Virus record (IMG/VR): IMGVR_UViG_3300028028_000001
Span: 32,001 to 96,000 of that record
DNA length: 64,000 nt
Source: a virus
Direction: 5' to 3' (one strand)
The position numbers and the translations under genes were made by a program. Of the stretch, positions 1-7,537 are shown in pieces. Each line of letters starts with the position of its first letter. Within the stretch, counting starts at the first letter, position 1. The notes beneath the pieces were generated by a model. That model had not been told where the DNA came from. It saw nothing but the letters and a program-made list of their open reading frames with translations, and did not search any database.

Positions 1-1314
1 CGCTGGGGGTCCGTGTTTGATGCGGTTCAGGGCTCCACTGGCGACTCCGAGAAAGCGGCTCGGGTGGCTTGGGGGGTGATGAGGAAGGCTATCATGGCGG
101 TCCGTGTTCCAGGCCATACCAGAAACGGACACTATGTGAAACCCTACCTGCGGATGATGGACCGCGCCGAGGCCCAGGCGGGACCAGGCGAGCGCATCGT
201 TTACCGGGCGTCCAACGAGAACGCTCCCGAGGTCGGTACGCACTACACCGAGCAGAAGGAGCACGCGGTCGCCTACACCGATAATTCTGGTTTCGGTGGC
301 TCAAAGGTCCATCGGTACGCGATCAAGCCGCAGAACGTGGCGGATACGGTCGGGGAGGAAAGGAACGGTCTTCGAGGACTGGCGCTTGCCTACCTGCGGG
401 CGCTCGACCCTGAAGACGCGGCAGAGGTGAAGGAGAAGACCAGAAGACGACTTGGCGTGGATGACGACGAGCGGATCACGTCGAAGCACGTCGCGCAGGA
501 TTGGGATGAGCGCGGGCTGACTCATGTCTTCCATGTTCTGGAGCACGATCCCCGGGTTGAACAGGCGATATCGCAGGTCCACGACTGGATCCGGTTTGAG
601 GATGATTTCCCCGAGGGGTCGATTACCTGGAAGCGTCTTGGTGGAGAAAAGCCGATGAACAAGGGTCTTGTACTGGAGGCCTCAGATACCAACCCCGCAG
701 TCAAGCGCTGGAAGCAGATCGATCGTGGCCACTCCGAGGAAGGGCACCGCTTCCTTTCGCGGGTCCATGCGGGCGGTGGGCAAATGGCCATCACCCAGGG
801 CCATGCGGACGAGCCGCACGTCAAGAGGCTCCTTCGAGAAAAGTTGATTCAACTCAAGAGGAACCCGGGTCACCACTGGAACGAGTACACGGCGCACCTC
901 ACGAAGGAGGGCACGAAGTACCATGAGGCCTATCGAGCCGCGCACGAGCAGACAGGAAAGCAGGAGAGCCTGTTCAAGGGCGTGGTCTGCATCTACATGA
1001 TCCGCAGTGACACGATGAGGAAAAGCATCCTTGAGAAGGCGGTTATCCCGGCGCTCGACATGGTTCCGGAGGACTTGGAGGAAGACGCTACCCCGAACAC
1101 CTGGACCGAGAACGGGTATACCGTCTCATGGCGACGGGGCAAGCGCGGGCATGGGTCGGTTACCTTCGAAGGGAACGGGCTGGCTATGCCGTTCGTGATG
1201 ACCGCTGCGGGCAAGAAGCACGCTCGGATCGTCGCAAGGGACGCGTCGGCGCTGTTGGCGAAGGGCAAGATCCCGCTTCTTGACGGGGTATTCAGGATGC
1301 GGAGAAAGACATGA
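1..1314 (+). CDS. Large-protein segment whose 5' end lies outside the window; ChaB-like motif plus one HxR hairpin motif
   Basis: Frame 1 is open from nt 1. 'GDSEKAARVAWGVMRKA' resembles the ChaB family. 'VRVPGHTRNGHYVKPYLR' matches a motif shared with the next four large proteins. The stop overlaps the next start (ATGA at 1311). Confidence 0.6.
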   Translation, partial: RWGSVFDAVQGSTGDSEKAARVAWGVMRKAIMAVRVPGHTRNGHYVKPYLRMMDRAEAQAGPGERIVYRASNENAPEVGTHYTEQKEHAVAYTDNSGFGGSKVHRYAIKPQNVADTVGEERNGLRGLALAYLRALDPEDAAEVKEKTRRRLGVDDDERITSKHVAQDWDERGLTHVFHVLEHDPRVEQAISQVHDWIRFEDDFPEGSITWKRLGGEKPMNKGLVLEASDTNPAVKRWKQIDRGHSEEGHRFLSRVHAGGGQMAITQGHADEPHVKRLLREKLIQLKRNPGHHWNEYTAHLTKEGTKYHEAYRAAHEQTGKQESLFKGVVCIYMIRSDTMRKSILEKAVIPALDMVPEDLEEDATPNTWTENGYTVSWRRGKRGHGSVTFEGNGLAMPFVMTAAGKKHARIVARDASALLAKGKIPLLDGVFRMRRKT

Positions 1315-3122
1315 ACCAGATCGCGAATCAGCCGGGCGTTCATCTTGACCATTTGAAGCATAGGTGGGTTCGAGATGAGGACGTGAAACCAGGCACGCGG
1401 TTTTATGTGCCTCACCATGAGGAATTGGACGTTCGGTCTGTCAAAGACGGGAAGGCAGAGGTGGGTTTGGTTGGCCACCCCATCACTGTGGACGTGCCTG
1501 AAAAGTCGGTGAAGTACTTTCATGCAGACATGCATGGGCAGTTGAACCACAAGCCCGATAGTGGCAACGAGCATGTTGACGCCGTAATTAGAGGGGAGGG
1601 TGAACACCTCGGCAAGGGCAACGACGGGATCGTTTATCGCCACGGGGAGAAAGTGGTCAAGGTCTCAACGACCGTCCCTTACCAGCCCTTCAACCGTGGG
1701 CAGCACAGGACTCCAGAGGAAGCCCTACGGCATCTTCAAAAGGAGCACGAGGCCCATACGGCACTCCAGGGGATTCCTGGCGTGCCCGAAGTGGATGGGC
1801 AAGAGCATGAGGGGCGATACTGGATGGTTAAGCCGCATCTTTCGCCTACTGGCGTGGTCGATGAAAAAGAAGCACATCAGGTGCGCGATTCCGTCCGGGC
1901 CATGCACGCGAAGGGATGGGTTCTGGGCGATACCGTGCAGGTTGGCCGAGACAAGTCGGGCGGCATCCAGTTCATGGACCTCGGGTCTGCTCACAAGTCG
2001 GATAGCGACTACCAAAGAGAGCACGACGAAGAAAGGTTGGCCTCGTTCTTCCATCTTCATCGGTTGAAGTACACGGATCCCCCTGCTGAAGTACAGAAAA
2101 AGGAGCGGGTAGCACGCACTCTCCTGGACATGGCCATCAAACACCAGGATCCGGAAAAGGTCAGGGCGCATCGTATTGAGTGGAAACGACTGGCGAGCGA
2201 ACACAGGATGAACCTCGTCAGAAAAGACGACTTCGACGGGATGATGGCGTTTGCGGACATTACCGATGCGATGGAGAAACGGCTTGAAAAGGCCATCTTC
2301 CTCAACGGCCAAAAGCGCAACCCCAAGGACTTCGACGAAGCCGCCCTATCTCAAGGCATCCGCGTGGAGATGGAGCACACCGACGATCCGAAGATCGCGA
2401 TAGAGATCGCGATGGATCACCTTGCCGAGCGTCCGGACTACTACGATCGGCTGGAAGAGATGGAAGCGAAGCCGATTCAAAAAGCCATCCTCTCCGGGAT
2501 CCGCTTTATGTACCTACTACGCAAGTCTCAGCTCAACCTCTTCGACTGGCACGGCGAACCCGTCCAGCACGAGCACCGCGAGCCGATCCCCACCAGGCCA
2601 CGCATGGGACCGGGCCCCCTGTTCGCCGAAGAGCGAGCGTCGGCGCCCGTGCATGCCCCGCTGCCCCCTATGCCTCCTCCGACCTCGCACACCTTCACCT
2701 CCAATATTCACGTCAAGAGCCACCTTCGGCGCCTGCCGTCGGGTGAAGTGGTGGAGGTAGCCGCGCACGAGAGAACAGCCGATCGGGTAACCCACGACGA
2801 TCCGAAGCCCCGGCAGACGAAGATCACAGAGTACGCCGACAAGCCGGCGCTCTTGAAGCCGCCTTCCATGGCACCGCAGCCCCGAGAGATGCCGAAGCCC
2901 TTCACGGAAGAGCAGTTAAAAGCGATTGGAGAGGCACGGGTGCGCCAAGAGGCGGCCGGCGGAACTCCGGGACAAGGAAGGCCCTGGGTACGATGGCCCA
3001 GCCAACCAGCGCCTCTCTGCTGCGAAAGCGGGGAGACTTGGGCCCGCGCACCGGGCAGCGGCAAAGAGCGCCCCGTGGACCTCGCAGGGCGTCCTGCTCC
3101 GATGGCAGCAACTGGCGATTGA
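1311..3122 (+). CDS. Multidomain protein: protein-kinase-like domain, DUF5661-like segment and the shared QLNLF/HxR module
   Basis: G-loop 'GKGNDGIVY', 'KVVKV', 'FMDLGSA' (DFG-like). 'RVEMEHTDDPKIAIEIAMDHLAERPDYYDRLEEME' is DUF5661-like. 'LRKSQLNLFDW...IHVKSHLRRLPSGEVVEVAAHER'. GC3 drops after about 2925, so the true 3' end is uncertain. Confidence 0.7.
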   Translation: MNQIANQPGVHLDHLKHRWVRDEDVKPGTRFYVPHHEELDVRSVKDGKAEVGLVGHPITVDVPEKSVKYFHADMHGQLNHKPDSGNEHVDAVIRGEGEHLGKGNDGIVYRHGEKVVKVSTTVPYQPFNRGQHRTPEEALRHLQKEHEAHTALQGIPGVPEVDGQEHEGRYWMVKPHLSPTGVVDEKEAHQVRDSVRAMHAKGWVLGDTVQVGRDKSGGIQFMDLGSAHKSDSDYQREHDEERLASFFHLHRLKYTDPPAEVQKKERVARTLLDMAIKHQDPEKVRAHRIEWKRLASEHRMNLVRKDDFDGMMAFADITDAMEKRLEKAIFLNGQKRNPKDFDEAALSQGIRVEMEHTDDPKIAIEIAMDHLAERPDYYDRLEEMEAKPIQKAILSGIRFMYLLRKSQLNLFDWHGEPVQHEHREPIPTRPRMGPGPLFAEERASAPVHAPLPPMPPPTSHTFTSNIHVKSHLRRLPSGEVVEVAAHERTADRVTHDDPKPRQTKITEYADKPALLKPPSMAPQPREMPKPFTEEQLKAIGEARVRQEAAGGTPGQGRPWVRWPSQPAPLCCESGETWARAPGSGKERPVDLAGRPAPMAATGD

Positions 3123-3819
3123 CCCTCGCCTGTTGGATGATGAGTTCGCCGACGACTTCCCCGGATACAAGAGCCCGAAGCTCCAGGCGGTCATCCAGGC
3201 CACGAAGGACCACCTGACGAATCACCCCGAAACCGGCGCCGTGCTTTTCTGTGAGTACAACGGCGGGATTGAGGCGATGAAGTCGAGCCTGATCGAGGAA
3301 GGCTACCGCCCCGAGGACATCGGGGTCTATACGGGCAAGGTGTCAAGCCAGCGGAAACGGCGCGACCTTCAGAACGACCTGAACAGCGGCAAGATCAAGA
3401 TCCTCCTTGGCAACACGGCGGCACTTGAGACGGGCGCGAACCTCCAGAAACGCGCTAACTTTGTCGCTCATCTCAACACGCCATGGGCCCCGGATCGGCT
3501 TGTCCAGTCAACCGGGCGAGTCCATCGGCAAGGGCAGGAACGGAAGGTTACCGTATTTCGCCCGACCGGATCCGAGGTAGAAGAACTCATCGAGCGCGTT
3601 GTCTCGCGCAAGCTCCTTCAATCCTCACAGGCGACCGGCGTAACGATGGCCGCTGACTCTCATGTAGCTGTCTCCATGCGCCGAAAGGGCCGCGAAAAGC
3701 TCGACTCCTCCACGATCGCGAAACTGCTGGGAATCGACCCGTCGCTGTTGTCGCAGAAGGGCGATGAAGCAGAACGCGAGGCCGCAGAGATCAAGGAAAT
3801 GAAGAAGAGGAAGAAATGA
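2926..3819 (+). CDS. SNF2/SF2 helicase C-terminal lobe only (motifs IV-VI); probably continues the upstream ORF by a frame change
   Basis: 'LLRWQQLAIDPRLL', 'KILLGNTAALETGANLQ', 'WAPDRLVQSTGRVHRQGQ'. No ATG start (TTG at 2926) and a 197-nt overlap with 1311..3122. High GC3 in this frame from about 2926. Confidence 0.65.
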   Translation: MERHGCAKRRPAELRDKEGPGYDGPANQRLSAAKAGRLGPAHRAAAKSAPWTSQGVLLRWQQLAIDPRLLDDEFADDFPGYKSPKLQAVIQATKDHLTNHPETGAVLFCEYNGGIEAMKSSLIEEGYRPEDIGVYTGKVSSQRKRRDLQNDLNSGKIKILLGNTAALETGANLQKRANFVAHLNTPWAPDRLVQSTGRVHRQGQERKVTVFRPTGSEVEELIERVVSRKLLQSSQATGVTMAADSHVAVSMRRKGREKLDSSTIAKLLGIDPSLLSQKGDEAEREAAEIKEMKKRKK

Positions 3820-5537
3820 ACGACTCCGAAGCCACGAATCTCCTGCGCGCCTTGGCCCCCGTCGGTGGGTCTCCTGGTGGGTTCGACCCCAAGAAGCGCC
3901 GCGTGCTCGTCATGCGGCTTCATCGGTATCTGGTGGAGGATGGCGGCTACATCCCAGCGTGGCTCAAGAACGAGGCGGCCGAGATGCGGAAGGGCGTGAT
4001 CCTTTACGTCGAGTTGCACAAGGCCGCTCAACTTGGGCTCTTCGGTGGTCAGGGTCGGGAGTTTCGCCCGGAGGTGCCGAAGCCGCATGGTGGTGGTAAG
4101 CCTCGTGGGCCGCAGCAGACCGGGATGACCTCGGGCGGGCTCTTCGGCACGGTCTGGGTCAAGGACCATGATCGGGTGGTGAATGGGCACGTCGAGCACG
4201 TTGACGGTCATGAGAGGAAGGTGGTGGGGAATGTCCACGCGCCCACGTTGACAGGAAAGGAGGAAGGTGGTAGGGTCGAGAGTGAACCTTCTCCGAAAGA
4301 GGAAAGCATGACCCGGCACCCTGACGCTCCGGAAGGATTCGAACCGGTTGACATGTCCATTCATGGAGCCCATAAGGCACCATCGAACGAAAAGGGGCAA
4401 CAGGGCTCTTTCAACTACTGGTATCCGACGCTGGAATCGGCTCGGGCAGGCCAGAAGCACCATGAAGAGCAGCAACGAGTAAAGGGGGATATGAAGCGGG
4501 CGCGGGAACATGAGAAGATCGCTCGCGGATCGGCAAAGTTCATTGAGGCTGAAACTCAACGAAGAGCAAAACTCGCGGCGGCAGAGATTCGGCGCACCGC
4601 TGTTCCTTTTGTTCACCCGAGTATCTATGAATATCGGGACTACATCAGAGAGCAGGGTGGTTTCGTGGAAGATGGTGGGTGGAAGGTGCCAGCCGCAGCT
4701 CACGCCGCCATTACGGAGCACATCGAGGAGCGGAATCGGAAATTGGCCATCAAGCGCCAAACGAAGCCATCAGTAACCCCACCGGTTCCGGCCGCACTGA
4801 AATACATACCCATACAGCACTCGAACACCTACGACTATCGGGAAGACATCAAGAAAGCCGGTGGTCGGTGGGACAATAACCAGCGGGTCTGGATGGTCCC
4901 GGAAAACAGGCATGCCGAACTAATCGCCAAGATGACGCCTGCGCCTGCGCCCCCTCCCGCAGCTCCTTTGCCGACGATCGCACCAGGAGAAAAGGAATAC
5001 ACCAGATTTGAGAATGGATCGCGTCGTATGAAGCCCGCTCATCCGTTGGCTGTCGGAGACGTGGTGTTTCGAGGGGATGGCGCAAACCGAACTTACCAGA
5101 CGGTCACGAAAGTAAGGCCTTCGCTCTTCCGTTCCGAAAACGATCAGGAGGACTTTGGAGAAACCGGAAGAGGTGCAGGTTGGTATCATCCGTATACCGT
5201 TCGACCTGCTACTGAGGAGGAATCGGCCAACCTCCGCGGCAAGCACGCAGAAGCAGACGCAAAGGTCAAGGCTGCGACTGCCGCAAAAATGGCGCTACAG
5301 TCAGCCATCCAGACGGCGGAATATCCGAAGAAGGCTGAACCATCAGGAGAGAGCATCAAGATTGGTCAAAATGAAACAATTCAGGTTGAGCCAGACCTTC
5401 AACACGCGTGGCACATCAAGTATAACGGTCGTGATGGCGACAACTGGGCCTACAACAACCTGGGCGGCCACTCGATCGCGCATCGGTTCCCAATGACTCC
5501 TGAACTATCAGGACACATCGAAGCGCTGAAAGTCTAA
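3816..5537 (+). CDS. Large hypothetical protein with the shared QLGLF/HxR module and two DUF5710-like repeats
   Basis: ATGA overlap at 3816. 'LHKAAQLGLFGG...VWVKDHDRVVNGHVEHVDGHER'. Repeats 'YEYRDYIREQGGFVEDGGWKVP' and 'YDYREDIKKAGGRWDNNQRVWMVP'. Confidence 0.75.
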   Translation: MNDSEATNLLRALAPVGGSPGGFDPKKRRVLVMRLHRYLVEDGGYIPAWLKNEAAEMRKGVILYVELHKAAQLGLFGGQGREFRPEVPKPHGGGKPRGPQQTGMTSGGLFGTVWVKDHDRVVNGHVEHVDGHERKVVGNVHAPTLTGKEEGGRVESEPSPKEESMTRHPDAPEGFEPVDMSIHGAHKAPSNEKGQQGSFNYWYPTLESARAGQKHHEEQQRVKGDMKRAREHEKIARGSAKFIEAETQRRAKLAAAEIRRTAVPFVHPSIYEYRDYIREQGGFVEDGGWKVPAAAHAAITEHIEERNRKLAIKRQTKPSVTPPVPAALKYIPIQHSNTYDYREDIKKAGGRWDNNQRVWMVPENRHAELIAKMTPAPAPPPAAPLPTIAPGEKEYTRFENGSRRMKPAHPLAVGDVVFRGDGANRTYQTVTKVRPSLFRSENDQEDFGETGRGAGWYHPYTVRPATEEESANLRGKHAEADAKVKAATAAKMALQSAIQTAEYPKKAEPSGESIKIGQNETIQVEPDLQHAWHIKYNGRDGDNWAYNNLGGHSIAHRFPMTPELSGHIEALKV

Positions 5538-5539
5538 TC

Positions 5540-5818
5540 GTGCTGCTTCTTTTCGTTCTCCTCCTCTCCTGCGCCCCAGAACCGCCAGAAGTCTGCAATA
5601 TGGTCTCCGTGCCCTGGGAGCGCTCGACGCTCAAGGCGATCGAGGTTTACCTCGACTACCTGCCCTGTGAGGCCACGATCGGCTGCGAGTCGCTTAACGG
5701 GACCGTGACGATTTACGACCTGGAGCCCGTTTGCGGAGTCGCCTGCCGGGTATACGGATCCTGCCGCCCGGACGAAACGCCGCTGGAACTTCGATACTCC
5801 GCGTGCGACTGCTCATAG
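5540..5818 (+). CDS. Small Cys-rich putative lipoprotein
   Basis: GTG start 3 nt after the previous stop. N-terminus 'MLLLFVLLLSC' has a lipobox-like LLSC. 8 further Cys. Confidence 0.5.
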   Translation: MLLLFVLLLSCAPEPPEVCNMVSVPWERSTLKAIEVYLDYLPCEATIGCESLNGTVTIYDLEPVCGVACRVYGSCRPDETPLELRYSACDCS

Positions 5819-6625
5819 CAGCGTAGTTTGCTCCCGCTCCTCATCCTGGCCCATTGGCAGACCTATCTGAACGCCAGCGGCCTCGATGCTCTCCAACCTG
5901 CGCGCCGCGATGTCGAGATAAGCCGGCTCCGTCTCGATCCCGATGTACTGGCGCCCAGAGAGTAATGCAGCCTCTCCGATGGCCCCAGAACCTGCGAAAG
6001 GGTCAAGGACCGTGCCGCCATGGGTCACGACGGAAACGAGCCACGCGCAGACCCTTGGGGGCTTTTCGGTGACGTGCTCGCGGTCCCTTGAAGACGCCTC
6101 GGTGACGTAACCGGGCAGGCAGCCGATCCCTGGTCTGTCGGTCGGCATCGGTCCAAGGGTTCCGACGGCGATGAATTCGCCCGGGTTCCAGAACCAGCCC
6201 ATCCGAGGCCTTGACGATCCGGGAGGCTTCAACCACGGGTGGATCCCGCGAAGGATGAACCCGCCCACTTGGAGCGCATCACAGACCGCGCCAACCTGCC
6301 GCCAGTCGGAAAAGACGCATGCCGGACTGCCGGGGAGCATGACCCGAGTCGCACGGGCCGCAATCTCCCCAAGCCAGATCGTGAAGGATCGCTGGTCTCG
6401 GTTGTCGCCTGCGAAGTTCGGAAGGTATTCGGCCTGCGCGGAATCGGAGCTGAGATACTTCTTGCGGGTGTCTAGCGTTCGATCACCACGGAAGGCACCC
6501 CCCGAAGAGTACGGGGGATCCGTGATCAGGGCGTCAACGCGGACGCGTTCGCGTTCGAGATCCGCGAGTACGAACAGGGAGTCGCCGTTGTAGAGTTTCC
6601 AGGTCTTTCCTTGGGCGTGTAGCAT
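5813..6625 (-). CDS. DNA methyltransferase, beta-class N6-adenine/N4-cytosine type
   Basis: Catalytic 'ITDPPYSSGG' precedes the SAM-binding 'VLDPFAGSGAIGEAA'. Opposite strand to all neighbouring genes. Confidence 0.9.
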   Translation of the reverse strand: MLHAQGKTWKLYNGDSLFVLADLERERVRVDALITDPPYSSGGAFRGDRTLDTRKKYLSSDSAQAEYLPNFAGDNRDQRSFTIWLGEIAARATRVMLPGSPACVFSDWRQVGAVCDALQVGGFILRGIHPWLKPPGSSRPRMGWFWNPGEFIAVGTLGPMPTDRPGIGCLPGYVTEASSRDREHVTEKPPRVCAWLVSVVTHGGTVLDPFAGSGAIGEAALLSGRQYIGIETEPAYLDIAARRLESIEAAGVQIGLPMGQDEEREQTTLL

Positions 6626-6667
6626 GGTGGAAGTGTAACACGTTGCATGGAGAGGTCAAGGTGGCAC

Positions 6668-6702
6668 GGTCTTTGCTACACCTTTCAGTGAAAGGAAAGA
6701 CC
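6668..6702. promoter_or_regulatory. Nested hairpin in the divergent intergenic region; possible operator or RNA structure
   Basis: GGTCTTT...AAAGACC encloses CCTTTC-agt-GAAAGG. Lies between the divergently transcribed MTase and + strand genes. No promoter consensus could be assigned. Confidence 0.25.
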
Positions 6703-6790
6703 ATGGAAACCCTCATCGCGGCGGGATCGGCTCCGGCCATCCTCATGTCGAGTTCTTCGTTCCCGTCTACCGAATCCACGCGAGCAAGCC

Positions 6791-7006
6791 ATGACCTGCC
6801 CCCGCTGCCACCAGCAATTCACCCCGACAGCAGAGGAGTCCAAGTGCCCCGACTGCGAGCGGGAGATCCTTCGTCGCAGGTACGAGATCGCCAGGATCCG
6901 CCGACATGGCGAGACCTGGCTTCTCGTCTCCCCGCGCCATGTTCTCGCGGGTGGGTTCGCCTCGCGCGAGCAGGCCGAGAGGTTCCGTTCCGCCAGGGTG
7001 GGGTAG
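6791..7006 (+). CDS. Small zinc-ribbon protein
   Basis: 'CPRC...CPDC' pair. ATG start. The stop lies 8 nt before the next ATG. Confidence 0.55.
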   Translation: MTCPRCHQQFTPTAEESKCPDCEREILRRRYEIARIRRHGETWLLVSPRHVLAGGFASREQAERFRSARVG

Positions 7007-7013
7007 ATCCGGA

Positions 7014-7511
7014 ATGGACCTCTTCAACCATCAAGGCGCCGTCTTCTCGGAGGATCGCGTCTACCGCTATCGGCTCTGGCGGCATCCTCCTGATACCCGG
7101 TTCGCCGCGTTCATCGGGCTCAACCCGAGCACCGCTGACGAAACCCAGAACGACCCGACCGTGACCCGTTGTATCGGGTTCGCTCGGTCGTGGGGTCTTG
7201 CGGGCATGGAGATGTTGAACCTTTACGGGTTTCGCTCGACGGATCCCGATCCGATGTTCAAGCACTCTGCTCCTATAGGACCGGGCAACGACGAGGCGAT
7301 CCTGGCGGTCGCTCGTGAGGCGTCGATCGTGATCGGCTGCTGGGGCGCGTTTCCTCAAGCCCGCATCCGTGCTATCGAGGTTCATAGGATGCTTTCCTCT
7401 GCCGGTATCGTGCTTCATGCTCTGCAATTGACTTCGCAGGGTTGGCCTCGGCATCCTCTCTACCTCTGCCGAGACCGGGAGCCCTTTCCATGGAGGATCC
7501 CTGCGGGGTAA
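7014..7511 (+). CDS. DUF1643 family protein
   Basis: 'VYRYRLWR...FIGLNPSTADETQNDPTVTRCIGFA...GWPRHPLYL' is typical of DUF1643. Start moved to ATG 7014 from the ORF-track 6906. Confidence 0.8.
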   Translation: MDLFNHQGAVFSEDRVYRYRLWRHPPDTRFAAFIGLNPSTADETQNDPTVTRCIGFARSWGLAGMEMLNLYGFRSTDPDPMFKHSAPIGPGNDEAILAVAREASIVIGCWGAFPQARIRAIEVHRMLSSAGIVLHALQLTSQGWPRHPLYLCRDREPFPWRIPAG

Positions 7512-7537
7512 AGAGGTAACACCATTCGAGGGTTCCC

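Noticed and set aside
6643-7164. 173-aa ORF spanning the divergent spacer, the Zn-ribbon gene and the DUF1643 start
   Set aside because: It cuts across two better-supported genes in other frames. Its translation is Pro/Ser/Arg-rich.
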